64,000 nucleotides of DNA from a virus. Taxonomy: Duplodnaviria; Caudoviricetes. The position numbers and the translations under genes are program-made. The stretch spans positions 1 through 64,000 of IMG/VR virus record IMGVR_UViG_3300028886_000055; one strand, 5' to 3'. Below are positions 1 through 9,314 of the stretch, in pieces. Numbering within the stretch: position 1 is the stretch's first letter; every line of letters begins with the position of its first letter. Below the pieces are notes generated by a model, which searched no databases, was not told where the DNA came from, and saw only the letters and a program-made list of their open reading frames with translations.

Positions 1-165
1 TATTGTCCACAAGCAGTAGCAGAAGATTTATTTGGATTTTGGTTCGAACATCCGATGTTTACGACTATAAATACCAGAATTCTTTGTTGGAACAATATAG
101 TGTATGATTTAATATATGTAAATGCACATACACAAGAGTATTATTTTGAGATTCATGAATTTTAA
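1..165 (+). CDS. hypothetical protein, 5'-truncated by window edge
   Basis: Frame 1 is open from base 1 to TAA at 163-165 (YCPQAVAEDLFG...YYFEIHEF*) and overlaps the ATG at 155 of the next gene. Confidence 0.55.
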   Translation, partial: YCPQAVAEDLFGFWFEHPMFTTINTRILCWNNIVYDLIYVNAHTQEYYFEIHEF

Positions 166-553
166 ATATTATAAATCAAAGTATTATTATACTTTAAGAA
201 CTTTTATTAAAGGTTTTCTTCTAAAGAATGTTAGCAAAAGATCTAACGGAGAAAAAGAAGTAGCCAAATATTTAAACGGAGCTAAGATTAAGTATAAAGA
301 ACAAGTTCCACTTAAATTGCCACATAGACAAGTATTTCTTGATTTTCAATTAGAAGATGGTACTGTCATAGAATATAATGGTAGACAACATTATGAATAT
401 ACACCGTATTTTCATAAATCTATGGATGATTTTGAACGTCAAGTAAAAAGAGATACAGAATTACGAAATTATTGTCACGATAATGGAATAAGATTACTTG
501 AAATTCCATATAGTGTTAAAAATATAAACAAATTTCTAAAAGAACAATTGTAA
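155..553 (+). CDS. PD-(D/E)XK / DUF559-like endonuclease domain protein
   Basis: SNGEKEVAKYL...YKEQV...FLDFQL...IEYNGRQHY...RDTELRNYC...LLEIPY is typical of very-short-patch/DUF559-like nucleases. ATG 155 preferred over 122 because the upstream ORF runs to 165. Confidence 0.7.
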   Translation: MNFKYYKSKYYYTLRTFIKGFLLKNVSKRSNGEKEVAKYLNGAKIKYKEQVPLKLPHRQVFLDFQLEDGTVIEYNGRQHYEYTPYFHKSMDDFERQVKRDTELRNYCHDNGIRLLEIPYSVKNINKFLKEQL

Positions 554-847
554 ATGGAAGCACAAGAATTATTGGAAATTGTTAAAAGTATAGATTATGA
601 TAAAATGCATTTATTAATAATGCATCCTATAGATAAAGACAATATTTATTGTGAAGTGATATCTCAAAAATCCGAAAAAATTGTATGTAAAATTGTAATA
701 AAGTATGAAAACGATAAAATTACAATTTTAAAATGTAAAAACAAGAGTGGATTTGATGAAATAGAAAAGGATTTAGGGGAATTCACTTTATTTAATCTGA
801 TATACTTTGTAGCTTTATGTTCGCAACTTGAAAATTGTATAGTATGA
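554..847 (+). CDS. hypothetical protein
   Basis: 97-aa ORF abutting both neighbours. Confidence 0.6.
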   Translation: MEAQELLEIVKSIDYDKMHLLIMHPIDKDNIYCEVISQKSEKIVCKIVIKYENDKITILKCKNKSGFDEIEKDLGEFTLFNLIYFVALCSQLENCIV

Positions 848-2046
848 ATAAAACTTTAGTATCTTTAGACAGTAAAGGTAAGGTTAGAGTTGTTGAAATA
901 AGTTATGATTGGAGTCCTACGGATAATGGATTTGTTATTCGTAGGATTACCGGTCAACTTGGAGGCAAACAAACTCAACAACCAGATATTTTAGTTGAGA
1001 AAGGTAAAGCTGGAAGAACGGTTACTGAACAAACAGTACTACAATTCAATTCTCATCTTAAAAAGTATCTAGATAAAGGTTATAAAGAATGGGAAGATAT
1101 TCTAGATGAAGCTAAAATTAAAGAAGCTTTAGGTGATATTAAGACAGGTCAAGATGGTATAATTAAACCTATGTTAGCTAAACAAGCTGATAAGGTCGCT
1201 AATAAGTTCTTTGATAGAGATTTCTATGGCTCAAGAAAACTTAATGGTGTAAGATGCCTTATCTATTATAAAGATGGTGAAGTACATACATCGTCAAGAG
1301 GAGCTATTAACTACAACTTAGCTATTTATCATATAATTAATCATCCGACTTTAATCAAATTCTTTGAAAACAATCCTACAATTATATTAGATGGCGAGAT
1401 TTATGTTCATGGTTGGACACTAAACAGAATAAGTGGTTTATGTAGACATATAGAAAAGATTTCTGCCACTGAACCGTTACAATTCTATTGGTACGATATT
1501 TACGATACTGCAAATCCAGATTTAACCTTTAAAACAAGATGGGAATTAATGCAGAATATTGCTAAATATGATTTAATTCTTGGAGATTTTGATCCAGAAC
1601 GAGAATGGAAAGAGGGAGAACTTAAGATTCAATTCTTACCACAAATACCAATGACTGGATGGTCAACTATCAAGAAATATCACGATAAATATGTTGCTGA
1701 AGGATTTGAAGGTCTTGTGATTCGTAAAATTGATGCTGTTTATGGTCCTGGCAAGCGCAGCAATGATATGATAAAAGTGAAAGAATATATGGATAGTGAG
1801 TTCGAAATTGTAGGATTATCTGAAGGTCTTCGTGATGAGGATATGTGCTTTGTAATGAAAACAGAAGATGGACAAGAGTTTAAAGCAAAACCTCACGGTG
1901 ATCGTGCTCAAAAACAATGGTATCGTGAACATTTAGATGAACTTATAGGTAAAATGGCTACTATTAAATACTTTGAAATGTCAGGTAAAGAAGGTAGCTC
2001 AATTCCTCAACAACCCCAATTTGTATGCGTAAGAGACTATGAATGA
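835..2046 (+). CDS. ATP-dependent DNA ligase
   Basis: PMLAK, motif I RKLNGVRC, LDGEIY, FYWYDIY, EGLVIR, KVK and a C-terminal OB-fold-like region. True start may be ATG 844. Confidence 0.93.
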   Translation: MYSMNKTLVSLDSKGKVRVVEISYDWSPTDNGFVIRRITGQLGGKQTQQPDILVEKGKAGRTVTEQTVLQFNSHLKKYLDKGYKEWEDILDEAKIKEALGDIKTGQDGIIKPMLAKQADKVANKFFDRDFYGSRKLNGVRCLIYYKDGEVHTSSRGAINYNLAIYHIINHPTLIKFFENNPTIILDGEIYVHGWTLNRISGLCRHIEKISATEPLQFYWYDIYDTANPDLTFKTRWELMQNIAKYDLILGDFDPEREWKEGELKIQFLPQIPMTGWSTIKKYHDKYVAEGFEGLVIRKIDAVYGPGKRSNDMIKVKEYMDSEFEIVGLSEGLRDEDMCFVMKTEDGQEFKAKPHGDRAQKQWYREHLDELIGKMATIKYFEMSGKEGSSIPQQPQFVCVRDYE

Positions 2047-2275
2047 TGAGAAAAAAATCTATTGCGTTGATACTAAGGTAGAAACATTTATCCGAGAATG
2101 GTATTATGCAGATTCAGATGAAGATGCTATTAAAAAAGCTAAAGAAGGTGATTATGAAGCTATAGATTCTGAAACGTTACCCGAATTTTCATTTTATCCT
2201 AAAGATGAAACTGGTGAATATTATATAGAAGTATATGACCCTAATTATGAATCAATATATAACAACTTATGGTAA
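2039..2275 (+). CDS. small acidic hypothetical protein (ADSxExA motif)
   Basis: 78-aa ORF overlapping both neighbours, with YYADSDEDAIKKA. Confidence 0.7.
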   Translation: MNDEKKIYCVDTKVETFIREWYYADSDEDAIKKAKEGDYEAIDSETLPEFSFYPKDETGEYYIEVYDPNYESIYNNLW

Positions 2276-2475
2276 ATAAACTTTATAACTCAACAGTTGA
2301 TATTGTACACGATTTTGGAACTATAACTATTCCTATCTCTGAATTTATAGATAAAGAAGATCTTCAAGATATAGTTGAAGATAATCTAAATATACGAGAT
2401 CTTATGTGGGAGATTCAAGACTTAGCGTATGAATATTTCACAAGTACTTTAAAAGTTGAGGTCAATGGTTTGTAA
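2269..2475 (+). CDS. hypothetical protein
   Basis: 68-aa acidic ORF in a tightly packed operon. Confidence 0.6.
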   Translation: MVNKLYNSTVDIVHDFGTITIPISEFIDKEDLQDIVEDNLNIRDLMWEIQDLAYEYFTSTLKVEVNGL

Positions 2476-2884
2476 TAAGGATAACATTATTATTATTAGT
2501 CCAAAGCTATTAATGCGTGGACCAGCTTATGGCTGTGAAGAAAAAACTAAAGATGATTGGTTGTATTGTGAAAAAGGCCATAATCTGTCAGTATTTGGAT
2601 TTGATGATTGGTTGTTATTAGAAACTAAAGGTACTGATTTTGAACTTTATAATAACAATGACCGTTTAGCTAGATGTTCTATTACAAATAATCAAATAGC
2701 TGTAGTATTTGAAGATAATATCAACGATTATAATCCATACTTTAAAAGATGGTTTGAAGAACATCCGTTTAAAGCAATTCGTATTCCAGAGTTTGATGGA
2801 AGTATTTATATCGAAGGTGATAAAATCGTTGGAAAAAAGGATGGACTAGTTTTTGAAAGTTATATAATAAATGAAGACGTATAA
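2456..2884 (+). CDS. hypothetical protein
   Basis: 142-aa ORF overlapping both neighbours. Start may be 2465. Confidence 0.65.
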   Translation: MRSMVCNKDNIIIISPKLLMRGPAYGCEEKTKDDWLYCEKGHNLSVFGFDDWLLLETKGTDFELYNNNDRLARCSITNNQIAVVFEDNINDYNPYFKRWFEEHPFKAIRIPEFDGSIYIEGDKIVGKKDGLVFESYIINEDV

Positions 2885-3077
2885 AATTGATTATACAATG
2901 TCAGGTACTGTTACTGATTGTTGTAGAGCTTGGGTTCATGCTGATTCGGAAGAACAAGCAATTGACTATTTAAAAAGCTGGGATTGGGATCAAATTGAAG
3001 ATACTGAAGTTCTAGATACTCAATATGATGACGATTATGACATTGTTGATATAGAAGATGTAATCGAGGAAAAATGA
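2871..3077 (+). CDS. small acidic hypothetical protein (ADSxExA motif)
   Basis: WVHADSEEQAIDYL. ATGA overlap with the polymerase start. Confidence 0.7.
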   Translation: MKTYKIDYTMSGTVTDCCRAWVHADSEEQAIDYLKSWDWDQIEDTEVLDTQYDDDYDIVDIEDVIEEK

Positions 3078-4960
3078 TAATTAAAGGACTTCCTGTATAT
3101 GTATATGATGTTGAAGTCTTTCCTAATGCATTTACTTGTACTATAAAAAATTCTGAAACTGGAGAATATAAGATCTTTGAAATCTCCGAAAGAAAAAATC
3201 AAGTTTGGGACATAATCGATTTCTTTACAAGTGGTGGTAAAATGATTTGTGGGTACAATAACATCCACTATGATAATCCAATCATCAATTTTTTAATTGA
3301 TAATAAGGAAGCAGCACTATCTACTACTTATAATATAATCTGTCAAGATATATTTACATTAAGTCAAGAAATAATTAATAGCAAAGATCACAATTTTACT
3401 TCTTGGTCTAAATGGAAATATATGAATTATTTTCCAACTCTTGATTTACTTACAATGTTATTTTCTCAAAAACTTCGTTGTGGCTTAAAAGAAATGCAAG
3501 TCACAATGAAGTTTAGAAATGTACAAGAATATGAAGGAGACTTTGATAGATGGTTACCAGTTTCAGAGATTGATAATGTCATAAAATATAATATCAACGA
3601 CGTTGATAGCACTGAGGAGTTACTTAATCGCTGTAAAGAAGAAATAGAATTAAGAGAAGGTATCGAAAAGGAATTTGGAATATCTGTATTAAGTAAAGAC
3701 GGTATGACTATCGGAACAGAAATTCTAAAAACTAAATATCTTGAAAAGACAGGTAAGAAGTGGAAAGATATTAAAGATTTAGGTACTCCTTGTGATATAA
3801 TAGATCTTAACAAAGTAATATTTCCATTTATAAAATATGATACTCCAATTTTGCAAGACTTACTAACTGAAATGAAACAACAGAAAGTAAGTGCTGGTCG
3901 TAAAGGTTATGAAAAACATTTCTTATTAGATAATGTTGAAGTAACTGTAGGAGTTGGAGGCATCCATACTAAAAATGATCCCGAGAAGATTATACCTGAC
4001 CCTGAAACAGAACTTCTTCTTGACAGCGATGTAAATTCACTATACCCGAGTCTTATTATAGCTTATCATTTAGTACCTCCACAGCTTGGTAAAGAATTTG
4101 AAGAAATCTATGGTGAAATTAGAGAAGATAGATTATATGCCAAACATCATCCAGAAATTCCAGGTAATAAAATTAAGAATAGTACATATAAGCTTGCTCT
4201 AAATGGCGCAACTGGTAATTATCAGAATGAACATAGTTGGTTATATAGTCCTTTTACTGTAATGCAGATTAGAATTAATGGTCAATTACTACTCTTACGA
4301 TTAACAGAGATGTTACTTGCTGCTGGTGCTAGACTTAAACAATTAAATACAGATGGAGTACTTTATACAATACCTAAATCTGTAGATTATCAAGCTATTC
4401 TTAAGAAATGGGAGGAAGAAACTAAGCTAACTCTTGAAACTGAAGAGTACGAAGCATTTTATCAGTTTGCAATTAATGATTATCTTGCAGTAGGTAAAGG
4501 GTATAAAGAAACCCACAATCCGAAGTTATTAAAAAAGAAAGGATTGTTTATTGATACTGTAACTTTGGGTAAAGGTATGCAACCAATGATTATACCTAAA
4601 GCATTAAATGCGTATTTTGCAGACGGTATTCCTCCTGAAGAAACGGTAATGAATAGTCAAGACATTAACGATTTTATAACTTATCAGAAAGTAGATAAGA
4701 AGTTTAAAGTGATATATGAAGATAAAGCTATTACTAGAATTAATCGGTTTTATGTTGCTAAAAATGCACCTTATCTATTTAAACAAAAGCCTGGTGGAAA
4801 TCCAGAAAACTTATTAAAAGCATCCGGAGTTAGAATTGTTAATGATTTGACAAAGATTAAAGAATTTCCAAAAGATGTTAATTATAGTTATTATCTTGCA
4901 GAAATTCGTAAAATTATTAGTAAATTTGAAAATAAAGTATTATCTTTATGGGAGGTATAA
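3074..4960 (+). CDS. polB: family B DNA polymerase with 3'-5' exonuclease
   Basis: ExoI YDVEVF, ExoII GYNNIHYD, ExoIII YNINDV, motif A DSDVNSLYPS, motif B YKLALNGATG, motif C QLNTDG. Confidence 0.92.
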   Translation: MIIKGLPVYVYDVEVFPNAFTCTIKNSETGEYKIFEISERKNQVWDIIDFFTSGGKMICGYNNIHYDNPIINFLIDNKEAALSTTYNIICQDIFTLSQEIINSKDHNFTSWSKWKYMNYFPTLDLLTMLFSQKLRCGLKEMQVTMKFRNVQEYEGDFDRWLPVSEIDNVIKYNINDVDSTEELLNRCKEEIELREGIEKEFGISVLSKDGMTIGTEILKTKYLEKTGKKWKDIKDLGTPCDIIDLNKVIFPFIKYDTPILQDLLTEMKQQKVSAGRKGYEKHFLLDNVEVTVGVGGIHTKNDPEKIIPDPETELLLDSDVNSLYPSLIIAYHLVPPQLGKEFEEIYGEIREDRLYAKHHPEIPGNKIKNSTYKLALNGATGNYQNEHSWLYSPFTVMQIRINGQLLLLRLTEMLLAAGARLKQLNTDGVLYTIPKSVDYQAILKKWEEETKLTLETEEYEAFYQFAINDYLAVGKGYKETHNPKLLKKKGLFIDTVTLGKGMQPMIIPKALNAYFADGIPPEETVMNSQDINDFITYQKVDKKFKVIYEDKAITRINRFYVAKNAPYLFKQKPGGNPENLLKASGVRIVNDLTKIKEFPKDVNYSYYLAEIRKIISKFENKVLSLWEV

Positions 4961-5133
4961 CAATAAGTGGTTCTAGTAATGCTAGAGCTACACAAAAACT
5001 ATTAAGTGAAATTTTAAGTTTTCTTTTTGAACAGAAATATGGAGAGATGAAATACTTTACTGAACCTCAGAAAAAGTCATTAGAAAAGGTAAGTAGAGAT
5101 TTACGAAGAGTTATAAAGAAAGCAGATGCCTGA
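4948..5133 (+). CDS. hypothetical protein
   Basis: 61-aa ORF overlapping both neighbours. Confidence 0.55.
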   Translation: MGGITISGSSNARATQKLLSEILSFLFEQKYGEMKYFTEPQKKSLEKVSRDLRRVIKKADA

Positions 5134-5446
5134 TAATGTAAATCATCCATCACATTATACCTGGCTTAAGGATAAATGTGGTATAGAAGTAATTGATATA
5201 ACTAGACATCTAGATTTTGATCTAGGTAATGCTTTAAAATATATCTTGCGGGCAGGTCATAAATCGGAATCTGGTATGTCTAGTTTAGATAAAGCTATTG
5301 AAGATTTAAGAAAAGCAATCTTCTATTTGGAAGATAAAATCAAACTACTAGAAAATGAAAAATACTCAAACGACAGTACATACCCAAAAATTAACTGGGT
5401 ATGTAGCCAAACCCAAGATAACTACAAAACGGTATATGAGAATTGA
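5126..5446 (+). CDS. DUF3310 family (SaV-like / putative nucleotide kinase-like) protein
   Basis: DNVNHPSHY...IEVIDI...GNALKYILRAGHK...EDLRKAIFYL signature. Confidence 0.88.
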   Translation: MPDNVNHPSHYTWLKDKCGIEVIDITRHLDFDLGNALKYILRAGHKSESGMSSLDKAIEDLRKAIFYLEDKIKLLENEKYSNDSTYPKINWVCSQTQDNYKTVYEN

Positions 5447-5549
5447 AGGTCAGTTACAAGATAGATTCTCACAAATTAGTGAAGATATATTTGTTGTGGG
5501 TAAATATATGTTTGTACCTGAAGAATTGTTTGAGAAGACATTGTTATGA
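5436..5549 (+). CDS. small hypothetical protein
   Basis: In-frame ATG 5436 within track ORF 5355..5549. ATGA overlap with thioredoxin. Confidence 0.4.
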   Translation: MRIEGQLQDRFSQISEDIFVVGKYMFVPEELFEKTLL

Positions 5550-5788
5550 AACTATTAAAATTTACTGCTAATTGGTGTTCAAGTTGTAGGCAACAATCTG
5601 AAATTCTAAAGGATTTTAATGACATCCTTATAGAAGAAATAGATATTGAAGAACAGTTTGAATTAGCTGATGAATACGGAATTAGAAATTTACCAACAAT
5701 GATTCTATTAGATGATGAAGGAAAAGAAAAATATAGATTTATTGGAGTAACTACTCTCGATAAAATTAGAGGATTCTTAAATGAATAA
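5546..5788 (+). CDS. thioredoxin
   Basis: KFTANWCSSC CxxC site and YGIRNLPT cis-Pro motif. Confidence 0.88.
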   Translation: MKLLKFTANWCSSCRQQSEILKDFNDILIEEIDIEEQFELADEYGIRNLPTMILLDDEGKEKYRFIGVTTLDKIRGFLNE

Positions 5789-5957
5789 AATAGGTTTTGA
5801 TATGTTTATAATACTAAACATTTTGTCTGGTATTATATGTGTATTAGGAATATTATATTTAAATCCAATCTTCTGGAGTATTTATCTTATTTTTCTTATA
5901 GTGCATTATTATACGTTAACTAAAGATTTTGAATTTAATCAATATATAAAGAAATGA
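5781..5957 (+). CDS. small membrane protein (2 hydrophobic segments)
   Basis: Below the ORF-track cutoff: MNKIGFDMFIILNILSGIICVLGILYLNPIFWSIYLIFLIVHYY...KK*. Overlaps both neighbours. Confidence 0.6.
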   Translation: MNKIGFDMFIILNILSGIICVLGILYLNPIFWSIYLIFLIVHYYTLTKDFEFNQYIKK

Positions 5958-6868
5958 AGTTAATTAATCCGAGTTTTGAAATAATTCAACAAGAAGTTCC
6001 AACAATTAAACTTGATAAAGATAGATACATTCTACATGGAGAACTCATAGAAGATGCTAAGAAACAAATAGAATTGGCTGGAAGAATATGCTATAAATCG
6101 GAAGATAAAATAACAGAAGATTCTTATAAAAAGTTCTTTGAAATGATTAAATCTAAAGGACATTTATCTGTTCTAGAACATGGAACTATTTATCTTAAGA
6201 TTGTAGTAGGTTCTCCTATGTATGATGATCATTATCTTAAAAAAGCAGATATAGTTCAAATCTTTAAAAAGAATCCTTATTCTAAAGTGGTTGAAAATAG
6301 AGAAGAGCTTGCTTATGAAGGAGTATCAATGGAAAGTATTCCTGCATTTTATATAACTACTAATTATAGGGTTATAGAAGAAATGTTCACAGGTGGAGGT
6401 ATGTTTAAAACTAAACCGTCAGATGTATTTGAATATTTATGTCTACCTACCGAACATCATAAGAAAAGAATATCTGTAAAGTTTACTTGTTCTAGAGCTA
6501 TAGCACAGGAATTAACAAGACATCGTGTGTTTAGTTTTAGTATGGAATCTCAAAGATATTGTAACTATTCTAAAGGAAAGTTTAATAATGAGATTACTTT
6601 TATCCAACCGCAATATAGTATCAATAATCCGAAGTTTGAAAAAGCGTTACAAGATTCTGAAAATGCATATTTTTATCTTCTTAGTACTGGACAAACTCCA
6701 CAAGAAGCTAGAGAAGTATTACCTAATGCTACTAAAACTGAATTATTCATGACTGGATATATAGATGATTGGAAAGATTTCTTTAAGTTGAGAACCTCGG
6801 ATGCAGCACATCCAGAAATGCGTAGATTGATTATTCCGTTACAAAAAGAGTTTGAAAATGTACAGTGA
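5954..6868 (+). CDS. thyX: FAD-dependent thymidylate synthase
   Basis: AGRICY, GHLSVLEH, SRAIAQELTRHRVFSFSMESQRY (RHRx7S), EAREVLP, LRTSDAAHPEMR. Confidence 0.95.
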   Translation: MKLINPSFEIIQQEVPTIKLDKDRYILHGELIEDAKKQIELAGRICYKSEDKITEDSYKKFFEMIKSKGHLSVLEHGTIYLKIVVGSPMYDDHYLKKADIVQIFKKNPYSKVVENREELAYEGVSMESIPAFYITTNYRVIEEMFTGGGMFKTKPSDVFEYLCLPTEHHKKRISVKFTCSRAIAQELTRHRVFSFSMESQRYCNYSKGKFNNEITFIQPQYSINNPKFEKALQDSENAYFYLLSTGQTPQEAREVLPNATKTELFMTGYIDDWKDFFKLRTSDAAHPEMRRLIIPLQKEFENVQ

Positions 6869-7013
6869 TAAGGAAAGTTATTTATGGTATGTAAAGCAAA
6901 TGGTTAGTCCAAGATGGTTTGAAAAGATGCCAAAAGAATTTGTAATTGCTGTAAGATGTTACCTTGCGTTAGTTCAACATATGAATTATATTAACGAGAA
7001 ATATAAGAAATGA
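6858..7013 (+). CDS. small hypothetical protein
   Basis: 51-aa ORF (MYSDKESYLW...KYKK*) filling the gap between thyX and the lipoprotein, with ATGA overlap. Confidence 0.5.
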   Translation: MYSDKESYLWYVKQMVSPRWFEKMPKEFVIAVRCYLALVQHMNYINEKYKK

Positions 7014-7267
7014 AAAAGTTATTGATTTTATTAGTTCTACTAATCGGTGCAACATCTTGTGTAGTAACTGATGAAGTTCCAACTACTGAAGTAGTATTAA
7101 ATTATGGAACTCCATATTACTATCAAGATAGATTAGTATACTATTATTACAATGGATACTACTACTATCCTCCTAGGTATCCTAGATATAGGCAACCTAT
7201 TAGACCTGTACCTAGACCACCTAGATATGATGGTAGAAGAGATAATAGGCCTCATCGTAGGCATTAA
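7010..7267 (+). CDS. lipoprotein with Tyr-rich core and Pro/Arg-rich tail
   Basis: MKK-hydrophobic-ATSC lipobox, then YYYYNGYYYYPP and RPVPRPPRY. Confidence 0.8.
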   Translation: MKKLLILLVLLIGATSCVVTDEVPTTEVVLNYGTPYYYQDRLVYYYYNGYYYYPPRYPRYRQPIRPVPRPPRYDGRRDNRPHRRH

Positions 7268-7292
7268 TGTTTAACTTTAATTTATTTAATTT

Positions 7293-8312
7293 ATGCGTAA
7301 GTTTTTTATGATTATGGCTGCTGTAGCAGCAATGTTTGTTAACGCTCAGACATTTGAGCAGAGTAAGTTTATTGATAATACTTATGTTCGCATTGATGGA
7401 GGTGCAACCGCGTTAACTCATCCAGGATGCAATGGATACGAGGACTGGGGTCATACAATCCAGGGAGTGATTGGTGCTGAGATTGGTAAATGGATCACAC
7501 CAAAGTTTGGTGTTGCCTTTGAAGGTGATTTCGGTATTCGCAACGGCAGTAAGTTAGGATTTGCTCAGTGGGAACGTACTGGAAAGAAGTCTCAGAACTT
7601 TAACTACATGACTGTAACAGGTCTCGTTAAGGGTAATTTGAGCAACATCTTTGGTGGTTATAAGCCTCGTACTGTTGAGTTTGTTTTAGCAACTGGTCCG
7701 ATGTGGATTCATGGTTATCCTGGCAAGAACTATATGAATGACTTTGGCGTTAAGTTTCAGGGTGAGATTAATGTAAATGTTACTAACCGAGTTCAACTTA
7801 ATTTCATTCCCGAATTTAATTATAATTTGACTGGCTTGTATAGCTATGGGACTAACGAACATCCTCGTTTTGACAGTCGTAATAGCTGGTATGGTTTAAA
7901 AGTTGGCGCTACTTATAAGATTGGTAAGCAATTTACTGAGTGTCCATTCCAGTATACACAAGGCGATATTGACCATCTAAATGAGCAAATTAACGAGCTT
8001 CGTAACCGTCAACCTGAAACTAAGATTGTTGAAAAGATTGTTGAGGTTAGTGCCAAGATTCCTTATGCTATAGTGATGTTTGATAAGAATAGTGCTGAGC
8101 TTACTGATACAGCTAAGGAGATGCTGAACGGTATTCAAGGTTCAGTAACAGTTGTTGGTTCAGCTAGTCCAGAAGGTAGTAAGGTTCGTAACGATAAACT
8201 TGCTAATGAGCGTGCAAATGCTGTTGCTAACTATCTTAAGAATCGTGGTGTTAATGTAACTAATACTAACGGAGATGCTGCTATCGGCTCTCGTGTAGCT
8301 ATAATTAAGTAA
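7293..8312 (+). CDS. OmpA-family outer-membrane protein (beta-barrel + peptidoglycan-binding OmpA_C domain)
   Basis: Signal peptide ending VNA-Q, amphipathic beta strands (IGKWITPKFGVAF, GLKVGATYKIG), coiled-coil linker, then VMFDKNSAELT...GSASPEG...NDKLANERANAVANYL. Bacteroidota OmpA architecture. Confidence 0.9.
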   Translation: MRKFFMIMAAVAAMFVNAQTFEQSKFIDNTYVRIDGGATALTHPGCNGYEDWGHTIQGVIGAEIGKWITPKFGVAFEGDFGIRNGSKLGFAQWERTGKKSQNFNYMTVTGLVKGNLSNIFGGYKPRTVEFVLATGPMWIHGYPGKNYMNDFGVKFQGEINVNVTNRVQLNFIPEFNYNLTGLYSYGTNEHPRFDSRNSWYGLKVGATYKIGKQFTECPFQYTQGDIDHLNEQINELRNRQPETKIVEKIVEVSAKIPYAIVMFDKNSAELTDTAKEMLNGIQGSVTVVGSASPEGSKVRNDKLANERANAVANYLKNRGVNVTNTNGDAAIGSRVAIIK

Positions 8313-8313
8313 A

Positions 8314-8595
8314 ATGCTTATTGAGGAAAGACTTGATAGAATCGAAAAGACGTTACAAGAAATCCTCAATATTATAAAAGAAAATTCTACGCCCATTGAT
8401 TTTAGTGGGCGTAGATTTCTTGGATTGGAAAACGTCTTTGACATAACAGATGATATCAATCCTATGATTAGACAGGGTGATATATATACTGTTAAAGAAA
8501 ATAATAGTGTTGATTTACATTTTGGTAATAGACACGTAACATTACAAACTCCTGAGTTAATTTACAAGTATAACGATAAAATTCACTGGTTATGA
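8314..8595 (+). CDS. hypothetical protein
   Basis: 93-aa ORF with an N-terminal coiled-coil-like segment. Confidence 0.6.
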   Translation: MLIEERLDRIEKTLQEILNIIKENSTPIDFSGRRFLGLENVFDITDDINPMIRQGDIYTVKENNSVDLHFGNRHVTLQTPELIYKYNDKIHWL

Positions 8596-8753
8596 AAAGG
8601 TACATTTATAATATTCAATATAATAAGCAAGACACAGAATTTGATATGGTTTACGTTGATGCTAACAATCCAAAAGAAGCATTAGTGAAACTTAAAAGGC
8701 AATTTCCTGGAGTATATAAAAAGCATTTTGTCAGAATCGAAAAGGATTTGTAA
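8592..8753 (+). CDS. small hypothetical protein
   Basis: 53-aa ORF below the track cutoff (MKRYIYNIQY...VYVDANNPKEALVKLK...). ATGA and TAATG overlaps. Confidence 0.55.
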   Translation: MKRYIYNIQYNKQDTEFDMVYVDANNPKEALVKLKRQFPGVYKKHFVRIEKDL

Positions 8754-9046
8754 TGGCTAATATTTGTGAAAATACATTTTATGCATACTCAGAAGATCCA
8801 AAAAATATCGAATATATTAGAGAGTTTCTTAAAGACAATTTTGAAGCTGATATTGATTGGGATAATGACTATGTTAATGCTTATTTTGACTCTAAATGGA
8901 CATTTCCAAAAGAATTGATGGATAATATGTATGATAACATTCCTAATAAGGAAGACATTTATATGCGTTGTTTATCTGTTGAATACGGTTGTTTATATCA
9001 CGCTTTAAATATTGCTGATAGTGATGGTGGATGGAGAGAAGTATAA
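8753..9046 (+). CDS. DUF1281/YubB-like ferredoxin-fold protein
   Basis: N-terminal MANICEN and YFDSKWTFP resemble the MPNWCxN...FxTAWxPP pattern of this family. Confidence 0.55.
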   Translation: MANICENTFYAYSEDPKNIEYIREFLKDNFEADIDWDNDYVNAYFDSKWTFPKELMDNMYDNIPNKEDIYMRCLSVEYGCLYHALNIADSDGGWREV

Positions 9047-9314
9047 CTTAAAGTATGAAAAGCGATATGGCTCAAGTTTCCGAAATCCTTGGAGTCAAGA
9101 AGTTTTACTTCAAAATGGTATAAGAAATTTTGGAGGAAACGATCAGTGTTTATGGATTCATTCTGGAGCAAATGCATATTGCTTTATAAAAGATTTTGAC
9201 AATGTTGAATATTCTCTTAGTCAATTATCTGCAAGTGAAGCTCAGGATTATCTTGAAAATAATTACGATAGAAAAGAAAATATTCAAGAAGTTATAGATA
9301 AATGGATAAAATAA
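9012..9314 (+). CDS. hypothetical protein
   Basis: ORF in a packed operon. Start uncertain (an internal ATG gives MVDGEKY). Confidence 0.55.
   Translation: MLIVMVDGEKYNLKYEKRYGSSFRNPWSQEVLLQNGIRNFGGNDQCLWIHSGANAYCFIKDFDNVEYSLSQLSASEAQDYLENNYDRKENIQEVIDKWIK

Noticed and set aside
1225-1260. Ligase motif I KLNGVR (Asn for Asp) as a sign of inactivation
   Set aside because: The adenylated Lys, the Arg and the other motifs are intact, and KxNG variants occur in nucleotidyltransferases.
3035-8459. ORFs 3035..3268 (-), 3466..3813 (-), 6525..6752 (+) and 8160..8459 (-)
   Set aside because: Each lies within or antisense to well-supported genes (polB, thyX, OmpA).
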